Positions 25,154 to 32,000 of a stretch of DNA of 32,000 nucleotides are shown in pieces. The first letter of the stretch is position 1. Every line of letters starts with the position of its first letter. The notes below the pieces were generated by a model, which saw nothing but the letters and a program-made list of their open reading frames with translations, searched no databases and was not told the origin of the DNA. A program made the position numbers and the translations under genes. The stretch lies in NCBI GenBank assembly GCA_963843975.1, contig CAWJMG010000001.1:150001-182000 (forward strand), read 5' to 3'. This DNA comes from an uncultured Actinomycetes bacterium (GTDB lineage Bacteria > Actinomycetota > Actinomycetes > S36-B12 > CAIYMF01).

Positions 25154-25996
25154 CTACTCGCCAGCCAACGCTCCGCCGGTGAGCCCGGCGACCATGTACT
25201 TCTGCACCGCGAAGGCGAAGATGCACACAGGGATGACGGTGACCGTGGCCACGGCGGCGATCTGACCCCAGAACGTGCCGATCGGCGTGAGCAGGCTGGG
25301 GATCGCGACCGGCAGGGTCTCGGTCTTGCGACCAGTCAGGATGAGCGCGAAGAGGAACTCGTTCCACGAATTGATGAGCAGGAAGATCGCGGTGGCAGCG
25401 ATTCCTCCTCGGGTCAGCGGGAGAACGACGCGGAAGAAGGCGGAGATCTCGCTGCAGCCGTCGAGGCGCGCCGCCTCGTCCAGCGAAGCCGGAACCGCAA
25501 GGAAGAAGCCCCGCATCATCCAGACGGTGAACGGGATCGCGAAGGTGAGGTGCGCCGCCACGACGGCGACGTAGGTGCCGGAAAGCCCCACGTTGCTGGC
25601 GATGACGAACAGGGGCACCGAGAGCACCATGGCCGGCAGCAGCCGGGCGGCAAGCAGCGACAGCAGGAACACGCCCTGGAACCGGGTCTGGTGCCGCGAC
25701 AAGTAGTACGCCGCTGGGATGCCGACCAGGAGCGCCACGAGGCTGGAGGCAACCGCCACGATGACCGAGTTCTTCAGGTTGCCACCGAAGCCCTTGTCCA
25801 CGAACGCGGTGATGTAGTTGCTCAACGTGGGTTCGAAGAAGAGCTTCGGGGTCGTGGAGAAGATGTCGACGCGGTTCTTGAACGACGAGAGCACGAGCCA
25901 GATGAGCGGCGAGAGGTACGCGACGAACACCCCGACCACCAGCACGAACATTGCCGTCCGTACCGGTCGCGACAAGGGCCGCTTACGCGTGCTCAT
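25154..25996 (-). CDS. Carbohydrate-type (CUT1) ABC transporter permease, MalG-like
   Basis: ATG 25996 follows AGGGAGG at 7 nt and overlaps the upstream stop. The protein is 280 aa and polytopic, with the EAA loop DEAARLDGCSEISAFFRVVLPL. The rest of the 829-aa track ORF is a shadow frame. Confidence 0.85.
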   Translation of the reverse strand: MSTRKRPLSRPVRTAMFVLVVGVFVAYLSPLIWLVLSSFKNRVDIFSTTPKLFFEPTLSNYITAFVDKGFGGNLKNSVIVAVASSLVALLVGIPAAYYLSRHQTRFQGVFLLSLLAARLLPAMVLSVPLFVIASNVGLSGTYVAVVAAHLTFAIPFTVWMMRGFFLAVPASLDEAARLDGCSEISAFFRVVLPLTRGGIAATAIFLLINSWNEFLFALILTGRKTETLPVAIPSLLTPIGTFWGQIAAVATVTVIPVCIFAFAVQKYMVAGLTGGALAGE

Positions 25997-26952
25997 CGTC
26001 GCACCTCCCTGCGGTTGAGGCGCCGGTACATGAGGCCGGAGAGCAGGAGGACGAACGTGAAGCTGACGAGGCCGAGAGTGGCGCCGTAGCTGAGGTCCCA
26101 CTGCAGAAAGCTGATCCGGTACTGGTACAGGTCGTTGACGGTGGTGGCCGATCCAGGTCCGCCGCCAGTGAGCACGAACACCTTGTCGAACTCGCGGATC
26201 GCCTCCGTCGCACGGAAGAGCACCGCCACACCGAGCACGGGCGCCAGCATCGGCAGGGTCACGTAGCGGTAGGACTGGAAGGTCGAGGCCCCGTCGATGC
26301 TCGCCGCTTCGAGCGGCTCCTTGGGGATGGTCTGAAGCCCCGCCACCACCATGAGCGCGACGAAGGGGAACCACTCCCACACGTCGATGAGGATCAACGC
26401 CACCAGGGCTCCCACGTTGCTGTTGAGCACCCCCACGCCAGCCTCGAAGCCGATGCTCTTGAAGAACCAGGTCAGGTAGCCGAACTGGGCGTTCAGCGCG
26501 AAGTTGAACATCAGCCCCACGACGAGCGGGGTCAGGATCATCGGGAGCAGCAGCATCGAGATGGCGACACGGCGCAGGCGCCGCAGCCGGTCGATCAAGA
26601 TGCCCACCACGACCCCGAGGACCGTCTCGAGGAACACGGCGGAGACCACGAACACTGCGGTTACGAGAATCGCCTGGTAGAAGTCGCCGTCGCGGACCAT
26701 CCGGCCGTAGTTCTCCAGCCCGACGAACTGGCCGGTGTGGTCCGGGATCACGAGGCTGTAGGACCGGAAGCTCATGTTGATGCTGTAGAGCAGCGGGAAG
26801 ATGACGACGGCCCCGAGCACCAGCAGGCTCGGACCTTGCGCGAGCACGGGACCCCAGCGGCGTCGCCGCCGGGGGCCCGTGCTCACAGGCCGTTCGCGCT
26901 GCACAGGTGCGGGGGACGCGTCGCCGCGCTCTGCCACGTCCGTGCCGGCCAC
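25993..26952 (-). CDS. Carbohydrate-type (CUT1) ABC transporter permease, MalF-like
   Basis: GTG 26952. The protein is 319 aa and polytopic, with the EAA loop EAASIDGASTFQSYRYVTLPML. Confidence 0.85.
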   Translation of the reverse strand: MAGTDVAERGDASPAPVQRERPVSTGPRRRRRWGPVLAQGPSLLVLGAVVIFPLLYSINMSFRSYSLVIPDHTGQFVGLENYGRMVRDGDFYQAILVTAVFVVSAVFLETVLGVVVGILIDRLRRLRRVAISMLLLPMILTPLVVGLMFNFALNAQFGYLTWFFKSIGFEAGVGVLNSNVGALVALILIDVWEWFPFVALMVVAGLQTIPKEPLEAASIDGASTFQSYRYVTLPMLAPVLGVAVLFRATEAIREFDKVFVLTGGGPGSATTVNDLYQYRISFLQWDLSYGATLGLVSFTFVLLLSGLMYRRLNRREVRR

Positions 26953-26961
26953 AACTGTTCC

Positions 26962-28389
26962 CTACTGATAGGTGACGGGCAGAGATCCTGCCATCAGCGT
27001 GGAGACCTTCTGTTGCGCCTCGTCCAGCGCCGCCTGCGGGTCCTTCTGTCCGCTGAGCGCCTCCGAGACGCTCAGCGCCATCGCGTCGGAGATGCCGCTC
27101 CACTGGGGGATACGGGGGCGGGACTTCGCCTGGTTGAGGCTTGCCAGCTCCTGCTTCCAATACGGGAGCGTCGACTGCAGGGTCGCGTCCTCGAACGTCG
27201 AGGTCAGCGCCGGCAGGCCTCCCTGGGTCGCGAGCTCGTTCTGCACGCTCTTGGACAGGGCCCAGGCCATGAACACCTGAGCGGCGCCCTGGTTGGCCGA
27301 GTCCGTGTTGATGGCGTAGGTCCAGCTCCCGAGGTGGGCCACCGGAGCGTCGCCCTCCTTCGCGACCGGGATGTCGGCGTAACCCATCTTGCCGAGCACC
27401 TTGGACTGCGTCGTGTCCTCCATCGCCCCGGCGGTGTCGCCCCAGGTGATGGCCTCGGCCGCGGTCCCCTGCTGCATCTGCGCCGTCACCTCGTCCCAGG
27501 TGGCAGAGGTGAAGCCGGGAGGCGCGAAGGCGGTGAGGTCCTTCTCCCACGCCAGGGCTGCGACGTTCTGCGAGGAGTTGATCGCGGGCTGGCCCGACGT
27601 GTCGAACAGGTCTCCGCCATTGGTCCAGCTGTAGTTCATCCACTCGAGGACCGTGGCCACGTGCCGCTTGCCGGCGAGCGTCGCACCGTAGAACGGCTCG
27701 GCGGTCTTCTCACCCGCGAGCGTGGCGCCAGCGGGTCGGGTGAAGAACTCGGCGATGTCGCGGTACTGGTCCCACGTCTTCGCAGGGGCGAGCTCGTAGC
27801 CGTACTTCGCCTTGAACGCCGTCTGCTCGTCAGCGTTCTCGAAGAGGTCCTTACGGTAGAACATCATCATCACGGCACTGTTGGACGGCATGCCGTAGTA
27901 GGTGTCCTTCCAGTTGGACGACGCCTTCCACAGCGACGGAATGATGTCGGAGGCAGAGAAGTCCGAGCCGAGGCCGGCAGGCGGGCTGTTGACGAAGTCG
28001 TTCTGCGGAGCGATGTACTGCTTCTCCGCGAATGCGCCGAGGTACTCGTAGGGGATCGACAGGACGTCGTAGCTCCCCTTCTTGGTCGTGAAGTCGAGCA
28101 CCGCCTTCTGGACGAGCTGGTCGTACGGCGCCTGCTCGACGGTGACGGTGATGCCCGTCTTCGCCTCGAAGTCCGGGATGAGCGACTCCAGGATCTGGGT
28201 GTTCGCGGTGGCCTCGCCGATGAAGCTCAGCTCAGTGCCCTCGTAGTCGCGCGTCCAACCACCGTCGCCGGTCGTGGAGGATGCGGTCGCACCATCGCTC
28301 GAGCTGCCGCCGCCGCAGGCGGCGAGCGACGTGACCAGCAGTGCGGCACCGAGTGCTGTTGCTGCCAGCTTGCGGACATTCCGAGACAT
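26962..28389 (-). CDS. Extracellular solute-binding lipoprotein (family 1, sugar-type)
   Basis: ATG 28389 follows AGGAG. The signal peptide has the lipobox LAAC followed by GGGSSS. The body is SBP_bac_1-like. The track ORF extends to 28509, but that extension lacks a signal peptide and a ribosome-binding site. Confidence 0.85.
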   Translation of the reverse strand: MSRNVRKLAATALGAALLVTSLAACGGGSSSDGATASSTTGDGGWTRDYEGTELSFIGEATANTQILESLIPDFEAKTGITVTVEQAPYDQLVQKAVLDFTTKKGSYDVLSIPYEYLGAFAEKQYIAPQNDFVNSPPAGLGSDFSASDIIPSLWKASSNWKDTYYGMPSNSAVMMMFYRKDLFENADEQTAFKAKYGYELAPAKTWDQYRDIAEFFTRPAGATLAGEKTAEPFYGATLAGKRHVATVLEWMNYSWTNGGDLFDTSGQPAINSSQNVAALAWEKDLTAFAPPGFTSATWDEVTAQMQQGTAAEAITWGDTAGAMEDTTQSKVLGKMGYADIPVAKEGDAPVAHLGSWTYAINTDSANQGAAQVFMAWALSKSVQNELATQGGLPALTSTFEDATLQSTLPYWKQELASLNQAKSRPRIPQWSGISDAMALSVSEALSGQKDPQAALDEAQQKVSTLMAGSLPVTYQ

Positions 28390-28439
28390 GTCACTCCTGT
28401 GGGCTCGTATACGGATGAAGAGGGCGGACCGCGGTTCCA

Positions 28440-29744
28440 TCAGCCGATGTCCGTCAAGATCTCGTCGAACGCGTTCAGGGCGCGGTCCATCTCCTCGCGC
28501 GTGATGCACAGCGGGGGCTTGAACTTGATGACGTTGCCCAGCCCGGCGTACTTGGTGGACCCGAAGATGACGCCCTTCTCGAGGCCTCGCTCGTAGACCT
28601 CGATGGTCTCCTTGGTGGCAGGCTCCTTGGTCTCACGATCCTTGACGAGCTCCACGCCGATGAGCAGCCCCGGGCACCGCACGTCTCCGATGATCGGGTG
28701 CCGTGCCTGCATGCCTTTCAGCGCTGCGGTTGCGTAGCGACCCATGTCGGCCGCGTTCTCGATCATCTTGTCGCTCTCGAGGATCTCGAGGGTCTTGAGG
28801 CCGGCGGCGAGGCTGACGGGGAACTGCCCGAAGGTGAGCGCGTCGTCGCCGGGCGCGAAGCCGGTGAGGTCGTCACGTGCGATCACACCTGCCAGGGGGT
28901 AACCACCGCCCGCACCCTTGCCGAACACGATGATGTCGGGGGTCACGCCGTAGTAGTCGGCTGCCCACATCTCGCCCGTGCGACCGAACCCTGTCTGGAT
29001 CTCGTCGAACACCAGCAGCACGTCGAGCTCGGTACAGATCTCGCGGACGTACTGGTAGTACTCCGCCGGGAAGTCGAGCTGAGCGCCGTTGCCCTGGACA
29101 GGCTCCATGATGAACGCGGACGGACGCCGGAACGCCTGGCCCTTGATCGAGCTCCGCAACTCGTCGGCGCAGCGCGCCGCCCACTCCGCGGGGCCGACGC
29201 CCTTGGGCGCGCGGTAGGCATAGGGCTGACGCACCCGCAGGACCGGCGGCGTCATCGCGTCGAAGGAACGCTCGTAGTGCGGCCAGCTGAGCGCCATCGT
29301 CGCGAGCGAGCGGCCGTGGTAGCCGTCGTTGAGGGCAATAACCTGGCCGTTGGGGTTGCCATTCTTGAGCGCGAGCTTCACGGCGGACTCGACCGCGAGG
29401 CTTCCGTGCAGGCAGAACGACACCTTGCCGAGGCCTGCGGGTGCGGTCTGCGCCAGACGCGACGCGAACAGGAGCTGCGGGATCGAGTCGTAGTTCGAGC
29501 GCAGGTGGGTGAGCTCGGCCGCCTGGGCCGACGCGGCCTCCACCACCCGCGGATCAGACGCCCCAACGTTGTTCGACCAGGCCTGCGACGTGAGGTCGAG
29601 GAACTCGCGGCCGTCGGCGTCCCAGATCGACGATGCGAGGGCACGGACGAATACCGGCTTCTGCCCCTCACCCTCGGACCAGCCGCCGAGCATGGCCCGC
29701 CGGCCTGCGTCGAGCTCGTCGTCCGTGTACGCGAATGTCGTCAT
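28440..29744 (-). CDS. Class-III (omega) pyridoxal-phosphate aminotransferase
   Basis: ATG 29744 lies 6 nt after AAGGAG. Contains FDEIQTGFGRTG and the PLP-lysine region DIIVFGKGAGGGYP. 434 aa. Confidence 0.85.
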   Translation of the reverse strand: MTTFAYTDDELDAGRRAMLGGWSEGEGQKPVFVRALASSIWDADGREFLDLTSQAWSNNVGASDPRVVEAASAQAAELTHLRSNYDSIPQLLFASRLAQTAPAGLGKVSFCLHGSLAVESAVKLALKNGNPNGQVIALNDGYHGRSLATMALSWPHYERSFDAMTPPVLRVRQPYAYRAPKGVGPAEWAARCADELRSSIKGQAFRRPSAFIMEPVQGNGAQLDFPAEYYQYVREICTELDVLLVFDEIQTGFGRTGEMWAADYYGVTPDIIVFGKGAGGGYPLAGVIARDDLTGFAPGDDALTFGQFPVSLAAGLKTLEILESDKMIENAADMGRYATAALKGMQARHPIIGDVRCPGLLIGVELVKDRETKEPATKETIEVYERGLEKGVIFGSTKYAGLGNVIKFKPPLCITREEMDRALNAFDEILTDIG

Positions 29745-29837
29745 CGATGGCTCCTTGGCGCCGTATGCACGTGCTCTGAGGCTGCAGACGCTAGGAGTGC
29801 GCGGGTCAGGAGTGAAGTTGAAAGATCGCATGGACCT

Positions 29838-29852
29838 ATAACCCATGCTTAT
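29838..29852. promoter_or_regulatory. LysR-type T-N11-A dyad ATAACCCATGCTTAT
   Basis: ATAA-N7-TTAT fits T-N11-A. It overlaps the LysR stop codon and lies about 95 nt upstream of the aminotransferase start. It is a pattern match only. Confidence 0.3.
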
Positions 29853-30748
29853 GAGTTGGCCGGTTCCCTCGCTAGCTTGACGAAGCGCGCCACCGCCGGC
29901 TCAGCCCCTGCGCGGGGCCAGGCGAGGGACACCGAGCAGGGTGGCGCGTTGGTTATCGGGACGAAGGCAACGCCGGGTCGGTGGTAGTAGCGGGCGGCCG
30001 TCTCGGTCGAGATCGAGATGCCCTTGCCCTGGGCTACCGCGGTGAACTCGGCGTCGAACGTCGCCGCCTCACCGGCCACGAGCGCCGGGCCGCTCTCGCG
30101 GAACTCCTCAGCCAGCCAGTACTCGCGCCACGCACCCGCGCTCTTTGGCGCGGCGATAATCGGCTCGGCCAGGATGTCTTGCAGCACAAGGGAGACCCGA
30201 CGTGCGAACCGATGGTCGAGTGGAAGGCAGGCGACCCAGCCCTCTTGTGATATCTCGAGGTAGCGGAGGCCCTTCACGTCGATCGGCGGGCGCACCAGCG
30301 CGATGTCGACGGAGCCAGAGGCAAGCCCTGCGGACGGGTCGGAGAAGTCGTACTCGACTGTCTCGACGCGGATCTCGGGGTAGGCGTCGGTGAAGTCGCG
30401 CAGCAGTCTGGGGAGGCGTTCGAGTCCGGCACCGATCAGGTAGCCCAGCCGAAGGATCCCGCGCGTACCGTCCGCCCACCGGGTGGCCGACTCCAGAGCC
30501 GCGTCCAACGCCGCGAGCGCCGGGCTGACCCGGGCCAGGAAGTCCTCGCCTGCGGGCGTGAGGCTCACATTCCGGGTCGACCTCGTGAGAAGCGGTACCG
30601 ACACGGCCTTCTCGAGCTGCTGGATGGCCAGCGACAGCGCTGGCTGCGACACGTGCAGCCTCGCAGCGGCGCGGCCGAAGTGGAGCTCCTCGGCCAGGAC
30701 GACGAAGGCTCGCAGCTGGCGCTGCGTCACCTCTGGCGTCGTGGGCAT
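29849..30748 (-). CDS. LysR family transcriptional regulator
   Basis: The N-terminal wHTH is LRAFVVLAEELHFGRAAARLHVSQPALSLAIQQLE. A LysR substrate-binding domain follows. 299 aa. Confidence 0.9.
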   Translation of the reverse strand: MPTTPEVTQRQLRAFVVLAEELHFGRAAARLHVSQPALSLAIQQLEKAVSVPLLTRSTRNVSLTPAGEDFLARVSPALAALDAALESATRWADGTRGILRLGYLIGAGLERLPRLLRDFTDAYPEIRVETVEYDFSDPSAGLASGSVDIALVRPPIDVKGLRYLEISQEGWVACLPLDHRFARRVSLVLQDILAEPIIAAPKSAGAWREYWLAEEFRESGPALVAGEAATFDAEFTAVAQGKGISISTETAARYYHRPGVAFVPITNAPPCSVSLAWPRAGAEPAVARFVKLAREPANS

Positions 30749-30794
30749 GCAGCGATTGAAGCATCCCGGGCCGCGGCAGTGGTTGGATCAACCG

Positions 30795-32000
30795 GTGACG
30801 TACGACCCCGCCATCGGCCACCCGGCACACCCGCCGCCCTCCGCGCCGCGGGACGCAGCTCACGCCCGGTTCTGGCGCCCCGCCGTCCTCGCCAGCGCGG
30901 CCGCCTTCCTCGTCAACGCGCTCATCATCTCGACCTGGGTGTCGCGACTACCGGCCACTCGGGACCGCCTCGACCTCGACACCGGCACGATCGGTCTCAC
31001 CCTGCTGATGTCGGGCGTCGGCGCCCTGGTCGCGATGCCGTTCGCGGGCCGGCTCGCCGCGAGGTGGCGCAGCGGCCCACTCGTCATGGCTTCCTCAGGG
31101 CTGTGCTCGCTCTGCCTCGTCGTGCTGTCGATCACGCCGAACGCCCTCACCACAGGTGCTGTCCTCTTCGTGCTCGGTGCCTGCCTCGGCGTCTGGGACG
31201 TGTCGATGAACATCCAGGGCTCGTTTGTCGACCGTCGCTCGGGCCGCGACTACATGCCGCGGTATCACGCGTCGTGGTCGGTCGGGGCCGCGATCGGCGC
31301 GCTGGTTCTCGGAGCCGGTGCCGCAGCGCTCGGTGTCAGCCTCACCCTGCACTTCGCCGTCGTCGGCATCATGGCCACGGGACTCAGCGCCCTGCTCGTT
31401 GTCCGTTGGTATCTCGACGACCGCGAACCGCCCGTCGCGCGCGTCCCGGTGGTCGACGCCGAGGACGGCAGCACCACGTCGACGAAGCCCCGGCTGCTCG
31501 ACCGACGCCTCGTCCTACTCGGCATCATCACCTTGTGCTCGTGCCTTCTGGAGGGCTCCGCCGCCGACTGGATCGCGCTGTACCTCACCTCCGAACGCGC
31601 TGCCAGCGAAACGATCGCAGCTGTCGGATACGGGCTGTGGGCCGCAGCCATGGCGGCCTCCCGCTACTCGGGCACCACCCTCATCGACCGACTCGGGCGA
31701 GTCCGCGCGATCCGGCTCGCGGGCGCCGTTGTCCTCGCCGGCGTCGTGGCCACCTTGGCGGCCCCAGGTGTATACGGATCGCTCGTGGGGGTCCTGCTGT
31801 GGGGCGCCGGCGTCGCCCTCGTGTTCCCCGCGGCCATGAGCGCGGGGGGCGAGACGCCCGGCAGAGCTGCCGCCGGCATCGCCGCCGTATCGACGATCGG
31901 ATACGGCGGGTTCCTCGTCGGGCCGCCGCTCATCGGAGTCCTCGGACAGCACATCGGCCTCGGAAACGCGCTCTGGATCCTGCCCGTCCTCGGCCTCGGC
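30795..32000 (+). CDS. MFS transporter, 3' end cut by the window edge
   Basis: I translated frame 0 by hand and it is open to the window end. It is absent from the ORF track because it has no stop in the window. It shows repeated TM helices (FLVNALIISTW, GLTLLMSGVGALVAMPFAGRL, VLFVLGACLGVWDVSMN, ...DRLGR...). The start is uncertain: GTG 30795, TTG 30783 or ATG 30747. Confidence 0.7.
   Translation, partial: MTYDPAIGHPAHPPPSAPRDAAHARFWRPAVLASAAAFLVNALIISTWVSRLPATRDRLDLDTGTIGLTLLMSGVGALVAMPFAGRLAARWRSGPLVMASSGLCSLCLVVLSITPNALTTGAVLFVLGACLGVWDVSMNIQGSFVDRRSGRDYMPRYHASWSVGAAIGALVLGAGAAALGVSLTLHFAVVGIMATGLSALLVVRWYLDDREPPVARVPVVDAEDGSTTSTKPRLLDRRLVLLGIITLCSCLLEGSAADWIALYLTSERAASETIAAVGYGLWAAAMAASRYSGTTLIDRLGRVRAIRLAGAVVLAGVVATLAAPGVYGSLVGVLLWGAGVALVFPAAMSAGGETPGRAAAGIAAVSTIGYGGFLVGPPLIGVLGQHIGLGNALWILPVLGLG

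Noticed and set aside
25154-27643. The 829-aa ORF spanning the sugar ABC genes
   Set aside because: Only the last 280 codons (25154-25996) form a coherent MalG-like permease with its own ribosome-binding site. The upstream part is an Arg/Gly/Pro-rich shadow frame overlapping the real MalF-like and SBP genes, which lie in other frames.
30747-30794. ATG 30747 as the MFS start, and the 13-bp palindrome GGTTGGATCAACC (30781-30793) as a LysR box
   Set aside because: ATG 30747 would overlap the LysR start codon on the opposite strand and leave no promoter space. The added residues are not hydrophobic or signal-like. The palindrome does not fit T-N11-A spacing. I kept it only as a note because it may still be regulatory.
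1-32000. A scan for tRNA, rRNA, CRISPR arrays, integrases, toxin-antitoxin pairs and known defence genes
   Set aside because: I recognised no cloverleaf-like or rRNA-like conserved stretches, no regularly spaced direct repeats and no recombinase or nuclease/ATPase defence signatures in any frame. This absence rests on reading by eye without search tools.

Overview
Very GC-rich, Actinomycetota-type chromosomal segment with about 31 protein-coding genes. I found no rRNA or tRNA genes, no CRISPR array, and no transposase, integrase or phage genes. The gene blocks are as follows. (1) 1-7649 (+): a sulfate-assimilation operon, cysH-cysD-cysN, a NitT/TauT-type ABC importer, a cysG-like siroheme synthase and a CbiX/SirB chelatase. 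(2) 7710-10650: an ECF sigma factor with a co-transcribed membrane protein, plus three small ORFs of unknown function. (3) 10750-13266: a DUF3052 protein convergent with oligopeptidase B. (4) 13463-19274 (+): a five-gene Dpp/Opp-type peptide ABC transporter. (5) 19360-25141: a TetR-associated oxidative cluster with a CrtI-like flavoprotein, two GbcA/CMO-like Rieske oxygenases and an MSOX/MTOX-like amine oxidase. (6) 25154-30748 (-): a LysR regulator, a class-III aminotransferase and a CUT1-type ABC importer. (7) 30795-32000 (+): a partial MFS transporter. I see no convincing defence or mobile system. The best candidates for undescribed biology are: a 51-nt conserved stem-loop present twice in inverted orientation just after stop codons; a nested CCGGTGGT palindrome array upstream of the ECF sigma gene; a hidden 63-aa Cys-rich ORF; a perfect 20-bp palindromic operator; and the reductase-less Rieske/flavoprotein cluster, which may be an N-demethylation pathway. 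Three genes (the ABC ATPase, ptrB and Rieske-1) each carry an apparent single extra nucleotide. Each is either a sequencing error or a real pseudogene, and the sequence alone cannot say which.
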